Part shown: positions 24,893 to 37,339 of the stretch, piece after piece
Position numbering within the stretch: the stretch's first letter is position 1
How the letters are laid out: every line of letters begins with the position of its first letter
Assembly: GCA_964016885.1 (NCBI GenBank)
Contig: OZ024758.1
Span: forward strand, 27,714,001 to 27,778,000
Reading direction: 5' to 3'
DNA from: Eledone cirrhosa
Taxonomy: Eukaryota
Length of the DNA stretch: 64,000 nt
Translations under genes and position numbers: made by a program
The notes under the pieces: generated by a model
The model's input: the letters and a program-made list of their open reading frames with translations, nothing else
Databases searched by the model: none
What the model was told of the DNA's origin: nothing

Positions 24893-27800
24893 TACTAATA
24901 GTCTGACTTCAACAATAAGTACTATCTAAAATAATTGTGACATTTATTCAGCAATGCAAAGTGTCTATGTTCATTTTCTTATGCATATCTCTTTCCAGAA
25001 ATATCAACAGAATCATTGATGTTGGATAAAATGTCTTGAGATATTTGTTCCCACTGCTTCCATTCTGAGGTAAACTTTGTCTTTCATCTTTCCAGGTCGA
25101 TAAAATAAAGTACCAGTAAAATTAATAGGGCTGATTTAATTGACTAACCCCACACTTCAAATTTCTGGCCTTATATTAGAAAGAGTTATTCATTGAAATT
25201 TAGTGCTTTCTATATTCTACTACTATAAATATTTATTAAATATTAATCCAATACATTATCATTACTATAAGTGAAGACGCACACATTCCTCTCTGGCCAA
25301 GCCATCGTCAATTTTCACTTGAAAAGAAAGATGAGGGGGAAGAGAGAAATGCAGTTGTTTCAAGAATGTTTAACCCTTTAACATTTACATTACTCTATAT
25401 TTACTATTATATTTTTGTGGTAAAGTCTTTAACTCACATAATATCGAACCTTGAGAACAATACCTTAACATCAGTATGAGCAGCCGGTTATGGCCAGTTT
25501 GAACAGAAAGAAGTGAGAGAATTCTGGCCAGTTATGGCCAGTTTAAATGCTAAAGGGTTAATAAGCCTCCTCAAATTATAATTAGCTGTAAAGAAGTTTT
25601 CTTTTAATCTAATAAAAAATGGAAAAAGCAAGATTCTTCTAAAACCATTACTATCACTGGTATGGGTTTTCAATATAAATATTTTTATTTGCTAACTTGG
25701 ATGGAAAAGTTGGATGGTAAAATTACAACCCATTCCCCTAGACCAAACAAAAAAAATAAAACTCTAAGACAACATCACAAACCATTTAAAAACTATTTTT
25801 GATATCTTTTATTTCATGGTTTTTAGATTTGAACTTTATAAGCTGTTGAAGTATTGACGACTTTCCAATAGGCTTGTCATTGAACCTATAACAGACCTGT
25901 CAACTCTACCCATCCGATGGCGAAATCTCCCACCCACTTTGGGGTAAGTGAGAGATGTCTTCTCTTGTGAAAATGGTGATAGCTTTCATTATGTAAAATC
26001 TCACCCATTTTGCCTCATTTCTCCACATCTTGGGGCTTTTTTTCATGGTACTCCCTGTTTGAGTCTTTAGAGGTTGGCAGGTCTGCTATAATGATGGCAG
26101 ATTCTGTTATTCTGGATCCCCAAACTAGTTCCCTAATGCTGCTATCATGAAGGAGTTGGCCACCCACAGCAGTAAGCTCCATGATCATGCACGAGTTGGA
26201 ATGGCTCTTTCAACACATCTCCATTGCTATCATCTGGTATAATGCTGCTTCTATTCTGTCTGGGTATGTCTGGGGCAGAACAGACAAATGTGGCAAGATG
26301 ACAACCTTTCATTGGTTGGTTTGTGCTGTTACTATTGGCCACTACATACATGCATACACAAGCTACAGTTTCCTTTTTGAAATATTTATATCAACAGCTT
26401 AACTTCAGTATTTTGGTCATGTCATCAGGGCCCAAAATTTGACTACCTACATCCTTGAGGGACAAATACAAGGGAAAAGGGCCAGGAGACAGCAGAAAAG
26501 AAGATTGATAGAGGATATTAAGGAATGGACAGGAAGGAGTTTGGCAGAATGTATGACAATGGCAAGAGACAGGAAAAGAATGAGTGCTGGTCCTTGACCC
26601 TCAGATAAGATGAGAGGGAAGGGGATATCAACAACTTACAGTCTTTTAGAAAAGCATCAAAACAAGTTACATACAATCTTTTTTTAATCTGGCCTCTCTC
26701 TGTATTTTGATATGGTTATAAAACATGTACATCTGTTGTCCATTTTAATACCATCACTTGAGCCATTGGGTAACTTTAGCAGACTCTAATCTGTTGTAAA
26801 CATTCAGGTTTTACCTCCAGTATGAAAATAACTTCCTTCCTTTTTCCATCAGTCTCAGAGGTCCTGAAGAAAGTTCAAGGGTGCTGCCCTTCCTCCCCTA
26901 GCTACACAATAACAAATTACTAATAATTTAATTTCTATTAAATATCTCATGCAAATACAAAGCCCAAGGGTCAAGTTTGTGACTCTTCATAATTTTCTGA
27001 AAAATGTATATTCTTTTTTCTTGCATAGATTTATCATCATCATTTAACATGTTTTCCATGCTAGCAGGGGTTAGACAGGTTGTCCTGTTTGAGGTAAGTT
27101 TGGTCAGGTGACCATGCCTTGCTCATACAGAACTGTATTTGGTTTGGTTTGGTTTATATGACTGGATGTCCTTCCTAATGCCAACTACATTTACAGTGTG
27201 TACTGGGTGTTTTTTGCCGTGTCACCTACATGGCCACTTTACAGTGTGGACTTGGTGCTGTGTGTGTGTGTGTGCGTGTGCAAACCAACATTTAAAATGG
27301 AGACGCAGGCTATGAAACATGACCAACACTAACAACGATTGCGCAGAGAGAAACAAATCGACAGAAGTGTATAAAGACAACACAAACTGATAGAACATTT
27401 ATGATGTGCTATGAAAAAAGGAAAGCCAGCAGATATGGGTATTAGTGGGGAGAAACAAGGATGAAAATAACTACAAACTGAAAACGCCTATTGTTGCAGA
27501 TATTTTATTGTCATCTAACTTTTAAACTACAGGAAGGTTTCCAACTCTAAACTATAATAAAGTAATTGTTTCTACTTTAGGCACAAGGCCAGCAATTAAC
27601 CAGTGCATTACTGGTACTTTATTTTATCGACCCCGTAAGGATGAAAGGCAACCTCGGCGGGATTTGAACTCAGATCGTAAAGGGACGTAACTATGCTGGA
27701 AAGCATGGCATCCGACCCTCTACCAATACTGCCAATCCACCAATAAACTATAATAAAGTAATGAGTGTGGGACTGCGCCCAGAATATATTTTTTTATCCC

Positions 27801-28184
27801 GTTTGTAAAATAAGTTGGATTACTTTGAAGAAATAATGAATGAATATTACATAATTTATCTACTAAATTTCATTATTCTTGATTAAATATAAATAATTTT
27901 GTCGCTTATTTTAAGATTCACTTCCAGTTAGAGATCGCTTCAATAAACAGTCATATATTTCCGTCAATGGATTACGTTACTGATTACATAAGACAGTGTA
28001 ACACAGTCTTCGTTCAATTTCTGTGTATATTGTCAACTACGATTTTATTTGATGTATCATATCTACATGCATATGTACTTGCATATAATATCAATATACA
28101 CACTACACAGCCTAGCAGAAAAACCACCCCAAGGGTGGTTTTTCTGTTATTATCTATAATTTTTTTCTGCTAGTATCTATAATG

Positions 28185-28527
28185 ATTTCTTTATTAACCA
28201 CAAGGGTTTACATAAAGTAGACATTAAGGACAGTGCAGGACAATACAGGACAGTACAAATGGGCATTTCTGCGTGTAAAGAACAAAAACAGAGGATGTAA
28301 CAAAAAATAACAATGAAAAATTCCCCAATAGGGGGGAGACTTCGGAGGGACATTTGTGGAGAAAGCCCAGTAAAAGGCCACAGTGACCCTGACCACCAAG
28401 GCAAGTGCCCTCTCCCAGTTTGCCACCTTTAATTTACAGACACATACTCAGAGTAGGCCCATTCACTCGGGCCATTCTTGCTTCTCTCACCCATCTTTCA
28501 ACAAAATGCTGGGAAGAGAGCACTTCT
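28185..28527 (-). mobile_element. 5'-truncated L1/Tx1-like LINE 3' end with a 17-bp TSD
   Basis: TSD TGCTAGTATCTATAATG at 28168-28184 and 28528-28544. Minus strand reads EVLSSQHFVERWVREARMARVNGPTLSMSVN*, then a UTR ending AATAAAGAAAT. Confidence 0.72.
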
Positions 28528-28686
28528 TGCTAGTATCTATAATGGAAATCAATTGACCTATTTTTATTGAAACCAGCTATTACAACAGATTTTTAATTTA
28601 ATGCATCTGGGCCGTAAGTTATTGTATATATTGTAATCTAGTTACAGTGAAGCAGCTGGAATGAGAGCCTATCTCAATTGATGCAT

Positions 28687-28729
<43 letters not shown>

Positions 28730-28842
28730 TATATATATGTGCCGTTGGGATCATACTTTTTCCTATTTCCCACTCTACTACCCTAAGTATTGAGTACTCT
28801 GGTGCATTATGGTCCATCTGGTTCCTTACCACAATTCCTTTG

Positions 28843-28879
<37 letters not shown>

Positions 28880-28885
<6 letters not shown>

Positions 28886-28956
28886 GTCCCCAAAAATGTA
28901 TACATATTTATTAGAATGCTGGTGAAGTGTGTATACATTTTGGGGGACACACCCTG
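28880..28956. mobile_element. Very short (~77 bp) Tc1/mariner-type TIR element in a (TA)n tract
   Basis: AGGGTGTCCCCAAAAATGTATACA ... TGTATACATTTTGGGGGACAC(AC)CCTG. Confidence 0.68.
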
Positions 28957-29523
28957 TGTTTGTGTATATATATATATATATGTGTGTGTGTGTAAAAGAT
29001 AAACAGAAATAACAAAGCAAACAATACAGTATATTTAAGAAATATATTAGTTTAATGCTTGAAATAGCAGGAAAAGAGTCTTAACATTTCGGACATTAGT
29101 CCTTCATCAGAACATAGAGTTAGAAATAGAAGATAAATAGAAAGATAAAGAGTGAGAAGAGGAAGGGATGTGGAGAAATGAGAAAGTAAAATGGCTAAGA
29201 TTTTTCACTGCAACAAAACAATGGATATTTATGTTTGAGCAATTATTTTAAACAATGAATGTACAAAGAATCTTTTATGCCTGAGTAATTATTTAAAGCC
29301 TAAAATATAAGTTCCACTTCATAAATCATGCACTAAAACAGACAATACATTGCTTAAATATTAACATCTACATTAATTTTTAAACCCATCAATGTATGTT
29401 TATAAAAAGATTTATTTTCTTTTGGCAATAAAAAAAAAAAAAAATTATCTATTACAAGAAATTATCAGCAAAGTAACCACAGTATATTTTGTTAATAATT
29501 CAAATAAATATTTTTATCAATAC

Positions 29524-29634
29524 CTGCTTCTTTATATTAGCAAGCAGAGAATAGTAGACATAAAATGATGAATGATGGTTGATGCGAAAGTATTTAGACA
29601 TTTTAAAAATTTGAGGAAGAATATGCTCAATTGT
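29524..29634 (-). CDS. Possible 111-nt phase-0/0 coding exon of an unidentified gene
   Basis: ACTAAATTTTTTAG| TIEHILPQIFKMSKYFRINHHSSFYVYYSLLANIKKQ |GTATTG; open frame in non-repetitive DNA; no recognisable domain. Confidence 0.22.
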
Positions 29635-30699
29635 CTAAAAAATTTAGTTCACTAGGCTACTCAACAGACAAAATACTATCATAATTAATCCCCTCCTCTA
29701 TTTTTTGGCTTTTATAATTTGTGTCTTTTCAATCTCATTGATATGTTAAAATATAAAGAACTGCTTTGAAAATAAAAAGATATTTTTTAACAACATTGAA
29801 GTGTTTATCCACGAATTAAAACAGCTCAGAAGAAAATGTTTTAACATTTTATTTCTATTTACAAGATATTTTCTATTCTGCCTGCTGGGGGCCAAGGGGT
29901 GGCCAGTCTGCCGGGGACGCAGGGCAGCCAGTGCATGGGCCTCCATTTGCTCATAATAGTGAGAGATGTGGAGAGCAGGAGAGACAGAGGCAGTGAGGGT
30001 TTGGTTCCTTTGTGTTCAGACCTGGTGTATATGTTTCACAGACACACACTGATACTGAGAGAAAGAATATGTGGGGATAAAGAAGATAAAGAGATAAATG
30101 ATTAGAAACTAATTAACTGATGCTACTATGTCTCTAAAATGGTCACTTTTAATTTTATTACCTACTAATCTAAATAGTAACAAAAAATATTGAACTAAAA
30201 TCAACCATCCGAGATGATGAATTAGGAGAAATTCATAAAATATATGGAAATAATTATATCTACTTTTGGCACAAGGCCAGCAATGACCCCAGTTAATTAC
30301 TGGTACTTTATTTTATCGACCCTGTAAGGATGAAAGGCAAAGTTAACCTCAGCAGGATTTGAACTCAGAACATAAAGGGCCATAACTAAGCTGTAAAGAA
30401 CAGTGTCTGACGCTCTACTGATACTGCCAATCCACTAATTAATATAGATTAGATGTAGCATAGATACCAGCTATTGAAATTTACAGCTGTTATAGCCAAA
30501 ATAACAATTAGGGATATGAAGGAAGAGAAAGCAACCAGAGCATCAGGGATAATCACTGAGAAGCTGACATATCTAGTAGAGACAGACATGCAGTAGTCAC
30601 TTGTATAGTCAATCAGCTGGTACAGAAAAGTGGTCAATCTCAATGACTGGCATAGTAGTATTCTCATAAACTGCTACCATGGTGAAGGAGATGCTTTAA

Positions 30700-31143
30700 C
30701 CTTTTAGCACTTAAACTGGCCATATCCAGTCAGAAGTCTCTCACCTCTTTCTGTTCAAACCAGCTGTAATTGGCCACTGATACTTATGTTAACCCTTTAA
30801 TGTTCAAACCAACCAAAACCGGCCAGAATTCTCTACCTTTTTCTGTTGAAACTGGCTGTAACTGGTCACCCAAACTAATGTTAAGGTATTGTTCTCAAAA
30901 TAAATACTTTTAAAATCTCATAGATTCGATATTATGTGAGATATTATGTGAGGTAAAGCCTTTACCATGAAAATATAATAGTATATATAGAGTAATGTGA
31001 ATGCTAAAGGGTTAAGGTATTGTTCTCAAAATAAATAATATCAAAATCTCATAGATTTGATAGTATATGAGATAATTATGTGAGATAAAGCCTTTATTGT
31101 GAAAATACAATAGTAAATATAGAGTAATGTAAATACTAAAGGG
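30700..31143. mobile_element. TTAA MITE with a second family member (30793-31011) nested at its internal TTAA
   Basis: Outer ...TACTTATG-TTAA-[CCCTTTAATG...GCTAAAGGG]-TTAA-GGTATTG...; removing the inner copy and one TTAA restores the consensus GTTAAGGTATTG. Confidence 0.9.
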
Positions 31144-31259
31144 TTAAAAATCAACAGCATAACTAAGTTATGAAAGTAATGAAACAGTTCTAGAGTTCAA
31201 CTAATTAGAAAGAAAATTAGATAAGGTGAGAAATGGTTCAGGTTTGTGCCAAGACTGGT

Positions 31260-31985
31260 ACCACTAATGCCATTTTCCTAGTGAGACAGTTACAGGGGAA
31301 CTTCTTCACAAAGAGCACTATATGGAGTGTCAACCTGGAGAATGTCATTGACATCATGCTCTGTAGTGAGATGGTTGCTAAGAAAACTAGGTGTAGATGA
31401 CTGCATTGTGAGAGGTATGTAAGACATGTAGAGAGAGGTAAGCAAGGTGAAAGTTAGCGATGAGTTCAGCAGATAAATCTCTTAACCAACTTTACTTTAT
31501 TAGGATTCTCTCGGCGATGGATTGGCAGTATCCGTACAGCATTGGATACCATGCTTTGCAGCATAGAGCTACGTCCCTGTACGTACTGAATTTAAATCCT
31601 GCCAAAGTTAGCTTTGCCTTTCATGCTTACGGGGTCAATAAAATAAAGCACCAGTAACATACTGGGGTCGATTTAATTGACTTTCCCTTCCCCAAAAAAT
31701 TGTTGGCCTTGTGCCTAAATCGGAAACCATTATGATTCTCTCGGCCATAGCAGAGGAGTTTAAGACTGGCAATCTGTGAGGCTATGTATGATGGTGACAT
31801 AGTTGAATTAAATGTTGAATTATAAAAATTCTAAATGTGGAAGCAAGACCTAGAATTCAGAAATCTTAAAATTGACCTAGTAAAGAGGATAATTTTAGTT
31901 ACCAAGAAAGACGATAGAACTCTACTGCTATCTGCAAGATGCCATGCTTGATATGCAAAAAAAGAATACATAGCAATGCTATATA
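31260..31985 (+). mobile_element. Old degenerate copy of the 44-kb RTE family, split by a SINE-A
   Basis: AGAAAACTAGGTGTAGATGA and CAGAGGAGTTTAAGAC match 44635-44654 and 44810-44825. SINE-A 31513-31730 is flanked by duplicated GATTCTCTCGGC. Confidence 0.65.
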
Positions 31986-32135
31986 ACATATCCAATATCT
32001 ATATATCGAAAACAGAGAATGTCTGTCTGACTCCCTAAAACTCGAGAACCACCCAACTGATTGTTTTCAAACTTTACATTTCTGGTTTTATCTCACTATG
32101 TGGCATCTTGGGTATGTGTTTTTTACTATATATAT

Positions 32136-32513
32136 ATCATCATCATCATCTTCGTTTAACGTCCATTTTCCACGCTAGCATGGGTTAGACGGGAGTTGTC
32201 CCACTTGAGGCAAGGTTGGTCGGGTGACCGTGTCTCGTTCATATAGGACTATCTGGCAGGTTTTCTACGGATGGATGCCCTTCCTAACACCAACCACATT
32301 TACAGTGTGGAACTGGGAACTTTTTACCGTGTTACCTACATGACCACATTACAGCGTGGACTGTGTTTTTTTGTTGTGACACCTACACGAACTCGATCTC
32401 ATTATCTCATTTTCATTTATTTGGACTGGATGTTGTGGTACCAACTTTACAGAGAGAGGGTGGTGTTGGTGGGAGTGGGAGGATAGGGTAGGGGTAGTGG
32501 ATTGGGGTGTATA
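32136..32513 (-). mobile_element. 5'-truncated RTE copy (3'UTR only)
   Basis: Reverse-complement match to 45858-46228 over about 375 bp. Shorter copies of this tail family occur near 1-390, 3288-3503, 10720-10975, 15573-15812, 15851-16005, 27034-27260, 39314-39472, 43818-44010, 46233-46397, 50415-50790, 58170-58348, 62755-62932 and 63030-63250. Confidence 0.88.
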
Positions 32514-32733
32514 TTTAAAAAAAGACATTATATATAAACTGCATTAGGAGAAAATTAGCGATGGAAATATATGCGATTATAAGTGTTATAATATAACAGC
32601 TGCTAACCGGAAGTGTTGACATTTGAAAATTTTAAAGAAGTGAATTTTAAAGATTAAGATATAAAATATATTTAATCAACAGCCACGAAATTTAGCACAT
32701 AAATTATGTAATATTCATTCATTATTTATTCTT

Positions 32734-34070
32734 TTGGCAGTATTGGTAGAGGGCCAGATGCCATGCTTTGATGCATAGAGTTACGGCCCTTGCCATTTTG
32801 AGTTCAAATCCCGCCGAGGTTAACTTTGCCTTTCATCCTTACGGGGTCAATAAAATAAAGTACCAGTAATGCACTGGGTAATTGCTGGCCTTGTGCCTAA
32901 CATAGAAACAATTATTTACTCTTGGCAGTATCGGTAGAGGGTTGGACGCTATGCTTTCTAACATAGTTACGTTTCTTTACGATCTGAGTTCAAATCTCGT
33001 CGAAGTTAACTTTGCCTTTCATCCTTACAGGGTCAATAAAATAAAGTACCAGTAATGCACTGGGTAATTGCTGGCCTTGTGCCAAAAGTAGAAACAATTA
33101 TTTAAGGCGGTGAATTGGCAGTATCGGTAGAGGGTCGGACGCCATGCTTTGATGCATAGAGTTACGGCCCTTGCCATTCTGAGTTCAAATCCCGCCGAGG
33201 TTAACTTTGCCTTTCATCCTTACAGGGTCGATAAAATAAAGTACCGGTAATGTACTGGGTAATTGCTGGCCTTGTGCCAAAAGTAGAAACAATTATTTAT
33301 TCAAAGTAATCCAACTTATTTTACAAATGGGGTAAAAAAATATATTCTGGACGCAGTCCCGCAGACTTTCCTTTATTATGGTTAAGGGAAAGCCTGAAGT
33401 AGCTTCTAATCTTTATATTGTTTAAGATTAAATGGCAGTGGGTCATTGTTTATATTACCAAAGACATTTACATTGGTTTCAGTTCCTGCTTTCTTGTAAA
33501 CTGATATCTGGGATAGTCTTTTCTATTCTGGCGTCATGATGTGCTGTAAAATAAACCTATAGTAATGAGGGTGTGAATTAATTAAACTTAAATTTAGTGA
33601 GTCGTTTTAGATGACCATCTTTTATTATTTTCATTATTATTATTATTAAGGGCCGTGGTTTGGCAGTATCGGTAGAGGGTCGGACGCCATGCTTTGAAGC
33701 ATAGAGTTACCTCCCTTTATGATCTGAGTTCAAATCCCGCCGAGGTTAACTTTCCTTTCATCCTTATAGGGTCGATAAAATCAAGTACCAGTAATGTATT
33801 GGGTAATTGCTGGCCTTGTGCCAAAAGTAGAAACAATTATTATTATTATTAAGGGTGGTGGATTGGCAGTTTCGGTGAAGCATCGGACACTATGTTTTGT
33901 GGCATAGAGTTATGGCCCTTTACGTCCCAAGTTCAAACCCCGCCAAGTTTACCTTTGCCTTTCATCCTTACAAAGTTGATAAAATAATGCACCAGTAATG
34001 CACTGGGATCAATATAATCAACTTTCCCCTCTCCTCAAATTGCTGGCCTTGTGCCAATAGTAGAAATTAT
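32734..34070 (+). repeat. Cluster of five same-orientation SINE-A copies
   Basis: Copies at about 32734-32912, 32921-33098, 33105-33294, 33649-33840 and 33852-34070. The first three lie within a duplicated TTATTTATTC. Confidence 0.88.
33105..33294 (+). mobile_element. SINE-A full copy (tRNA-derived head, conserved core, (ATT)n tail)
   Basis: A box TGGCAGTATCGG, B box GAGTTCAAATCCC, core GCCTTTCATCCTTACAGGGTCGATAAAATAAAGTACC (resembles the Meta-type SINE core as I recall it), tail GTAGAAACAATTATT. About 28 copies or fragments in the window. Confidence 0.88.
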
Positions 34071-34789
34071 TGTTATACAATCTCACTGTGGACAGAAAAG
34101 GAGAGGAAGCAGCTGGTCTTGTTTGAATCTTTGTTCATGCATCAGTCATTCAACTATAGAAAACCGGCCAAATAAAGGGTCAAGAGGACCCTCAGCTGTG
34201 CTATAGTCATGACAACCTCCCTTGTATTGGTGATAGGAAGGGCGTTTAGCCATAGAAAACTTGTAAAACAAATGTTTGGGAGGACTCTTCAGCTATGTTC
34301 AAAAGCATTACAACTTCCTTAGAGTTGGGGCCATGATAAAAGGCATTCGGTAGAAGACTACATTATATATGGGGTGGGGTGGAGGTAAATGGTCTAAAAT
34401 CAGTTCATTTATACCAACATTCTCTTCCAACAGTTTTATCTGTTTCTCCTATTTCTCTATCTATCAATATGTGTGTGGTTAATGACCGGTACATGACATA
34501 CACAACAAAACTGATTGTTTAACATACATTGTAAGCATAAACACACACACACACACACACACAGCTTTGTTACAAATTGGTAAAGCAACCAATTATAACT
34601 TATTTTCTCCATAAAACAATGGGTTATATCTTAGTTTATTAATCAAACTAGCTATCAAGGGTACTTGATTTAATAAAGCCCATATTAATGGTGACATTAA
34701 GTACAGTATCACTGTGGGCAGTTATAAAAGGAGTCAGTTCAGCTCATCCTTCTCATCTTATGTTCATATCTAACTGATTGACACACAAA

Positions 34790-35123
34790 TCATCATCATC
34801 ATCATTATTTTACATCCGCTTTTCCCTGCTTGCAAGGGTGGGACGGGAACTGATTCTGGCTTCATTTCTACAGCTGGATGCCCTTCCTAACACCAACCTC
34901 ATTTACAGTGTGGGCTGGGTGCTTTTTTGCCGAGGCACCTCCACGACCACTTTGCAGTGGAATGATAGGGACCCCAGTCCTATCATCTCATTTCTACAGC
35001 TGAGTAAACTGGAGCAATGTGAAATAAAGTGTCTTGCTCAAGGACATCACCCGGTCTGAGAATTGAACTCACAACCTTTCGATTGCAAGCGTAATGCTCT
35101 AACCACTAAGCCATGTGCCTCCA
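34790..35123 (-). mobile_element. SINE-B copy
   Basis: Same sequence as the other SINE-B copies. Further copies at 35595-35812 (truncated), 40713-41046, 43212-43485 and 49940-50268. Confidence 0.86.
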
Positions 35124-37339
35124 TATTAACTTAAATTTATAGGTAAAGGGTAAAGACCTCCTTCAGTTATGAATGACCTTGGGATTTGCACCTAGAAAGT
35201 CCCCCCCCCCCCCCCCCAAGGCACAAATCCAGGCAAGGTGGAAACCAGCAGTTGCCCATGCTAACCAGTCTCCCCTTTCCACATCAGCAATGTTGTCTAA
35301 GAGAAAGGCAGAGGTTGATACAGCTTAACACCAGTAACATCACAACATATTTCAACATCTGAGTGAACTATGTGAAATAAAGTGTCTTTCTCAAGAGAAA
35401 GGCAAAGGTTGATACAGCTTAGCACCAGTAACATCACAACACATTTCAACATCTGAGTGAACTATGTGAAATAAAGTGTCTTTCTTACGGATACAACGCA
35501 TCACCTGGACCAAGAATCAAACTCACAACTTCCCAATGCTCTAACAACTAAGCCATGCACCTTCACAAATTTTTTAAAGATTATTCTGCAATACATCATC
35601 ATCATTTCATCATTTCATTTTACGTCCACTTTTCCCTGCTTGCAAGGGTGGGACGGGAACTGATTCTGGCTTGATTTCTACAGCTGGATGCCCTTCCTAA
35701 CACCAACCTCATTTACAGTGTGGGCTGGGTGTTTTTGTGCCGTGGCGCCTCCACAACCACTTTGCAGTGGAATGATAGGGACCCCAGTGCCTATCATCTC
35801 ATTTCTACAGCTGAAAACAAATGTAGAAAACAAATACTGCTACCATACTAGAAATGTATTACTCTTTCTAATTCTGTATCAAATTTGAAACTAGGAAATC
35901 TTAACTGATAGTCTTTCACTTGTGTACTCTCATCTCAATATTGCTGATTCAGTTTTAGAATTAAATTATGAGAATATCCTTATAAAAATTAATTTATGGT
36001 TTACAGTATTAAGTATTTGAAAAAATAATTTCAATTCAAATGTAGAACATACATGTACAAAAAATCATAATCTAATAATAATAATTGTTTCGACTTTAGG
36101 CACAAGGCCAGCAATTAACCAGTGTATTACTGGTACTTTATTTTATCGACCCAGTAAGGATGAAAGGCAAAGTCAACCTCGGCGGGATTATATATGATTA
36201 TTATTATAATCTAATAATAATAATCATATATAAATATATCATCATCATCATCATTTTATGTCCGCTTTTCCCTGCTTGCAAGGGTGGGACGTTAATGAAT
36301 ATTCCTTATATTATTATTAGTGCTGTTTAGGGCAGTGGATTGACAGTATCGGTAGAGGGTCGGACGCCATGCTTTGCAGCAAAGAGTTACGGTCTGAGTT
36401 CAAATCCCACCGAAGTTAACTGCCTTTCATCCTTACGGGGTCGATAAAATAAAGTACCAGTAATACACTGGGATATTTGCTGGCCTTGTGCCAAAAGTAG
36501 AAAATTATTAGTGCTGTTTTATGACAGAGGACTAGTTCTTTAAATTCCTTTGTGCTACATTATAATGTGGCACAAAGGAATTACAAATAATTATTGGTAA
36601 TAACATCTATAATTTCTTATTGAAAGGCTTCCCTTTAACTAGAACTGGAAACTGACATGATAAAAAGAGTTTTTTTTAATGGTTGATTATAAGGATAATG
36701 TTTATTAGATCAGCTTACACATTGCAATGGATGATAAGCTATTAATTCTTCAAAATAGATGTTTAAAAAAAAAACTTCCTTTGCTTTAATACTCAACTGC
36801 AGTCATTTAATAAATGAAGTATGGTGCTAGCTACAAAGAATGCAATTATCTTACACATAAAACAAGGGAGTTCTTTAACCAGAGTGATTATAGTCACTTC
36901 CTGAGTAAACAAAAAAATGTTTTCATTAGGTATTTATTTAGTGGTTCATTTAAAGTGGCAGCAGGGGGAAGGGTAGGGCTTATACATTTTTTCAACCTTC
37001 CTAGACTTTGAAATTAAGATTCATGGGAGAAGTTATTGTGATCACAATGAACTGTTGGTGGTTAATTGTTGAAAAGATAACATGGTGTTGATGTGATAAA
37101 CACAGAGCTATAGAGAGTGAGAGAATGACAGAGATAAAAAAGGGAAAGAGAGAAATGTATGTATGATATTAAAGTGTGTGTGGTGGTAATGGTGGAATGA
37201 TGGGAAGTGAAGAACAGCAGTGGAAACAGGTTTGGGATGAGAGAAAGATGGGAAACTATATCAATTAAGAGGAAAAGAAGAAATAATTTTGTGAGTGCAT
37301 TAGTGTAACATGGTTGGATAACATCCATAAGCTTGGCTG

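Larger units (their letters stand above)
31998..33410 (+). mobile_element. Possible non-autonomous Helitron-like element hosting RTE and SINE insertions
   Basis: Starts TCTATATATCG..GTCTGTCTG..CTCGAGAAC, like Helitron 5' ends. Parts of the interior (32560-32730, 33295-33400) are the reverse complement of 27745-27965. No clear CTRR end found. Confidence 0.45.
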
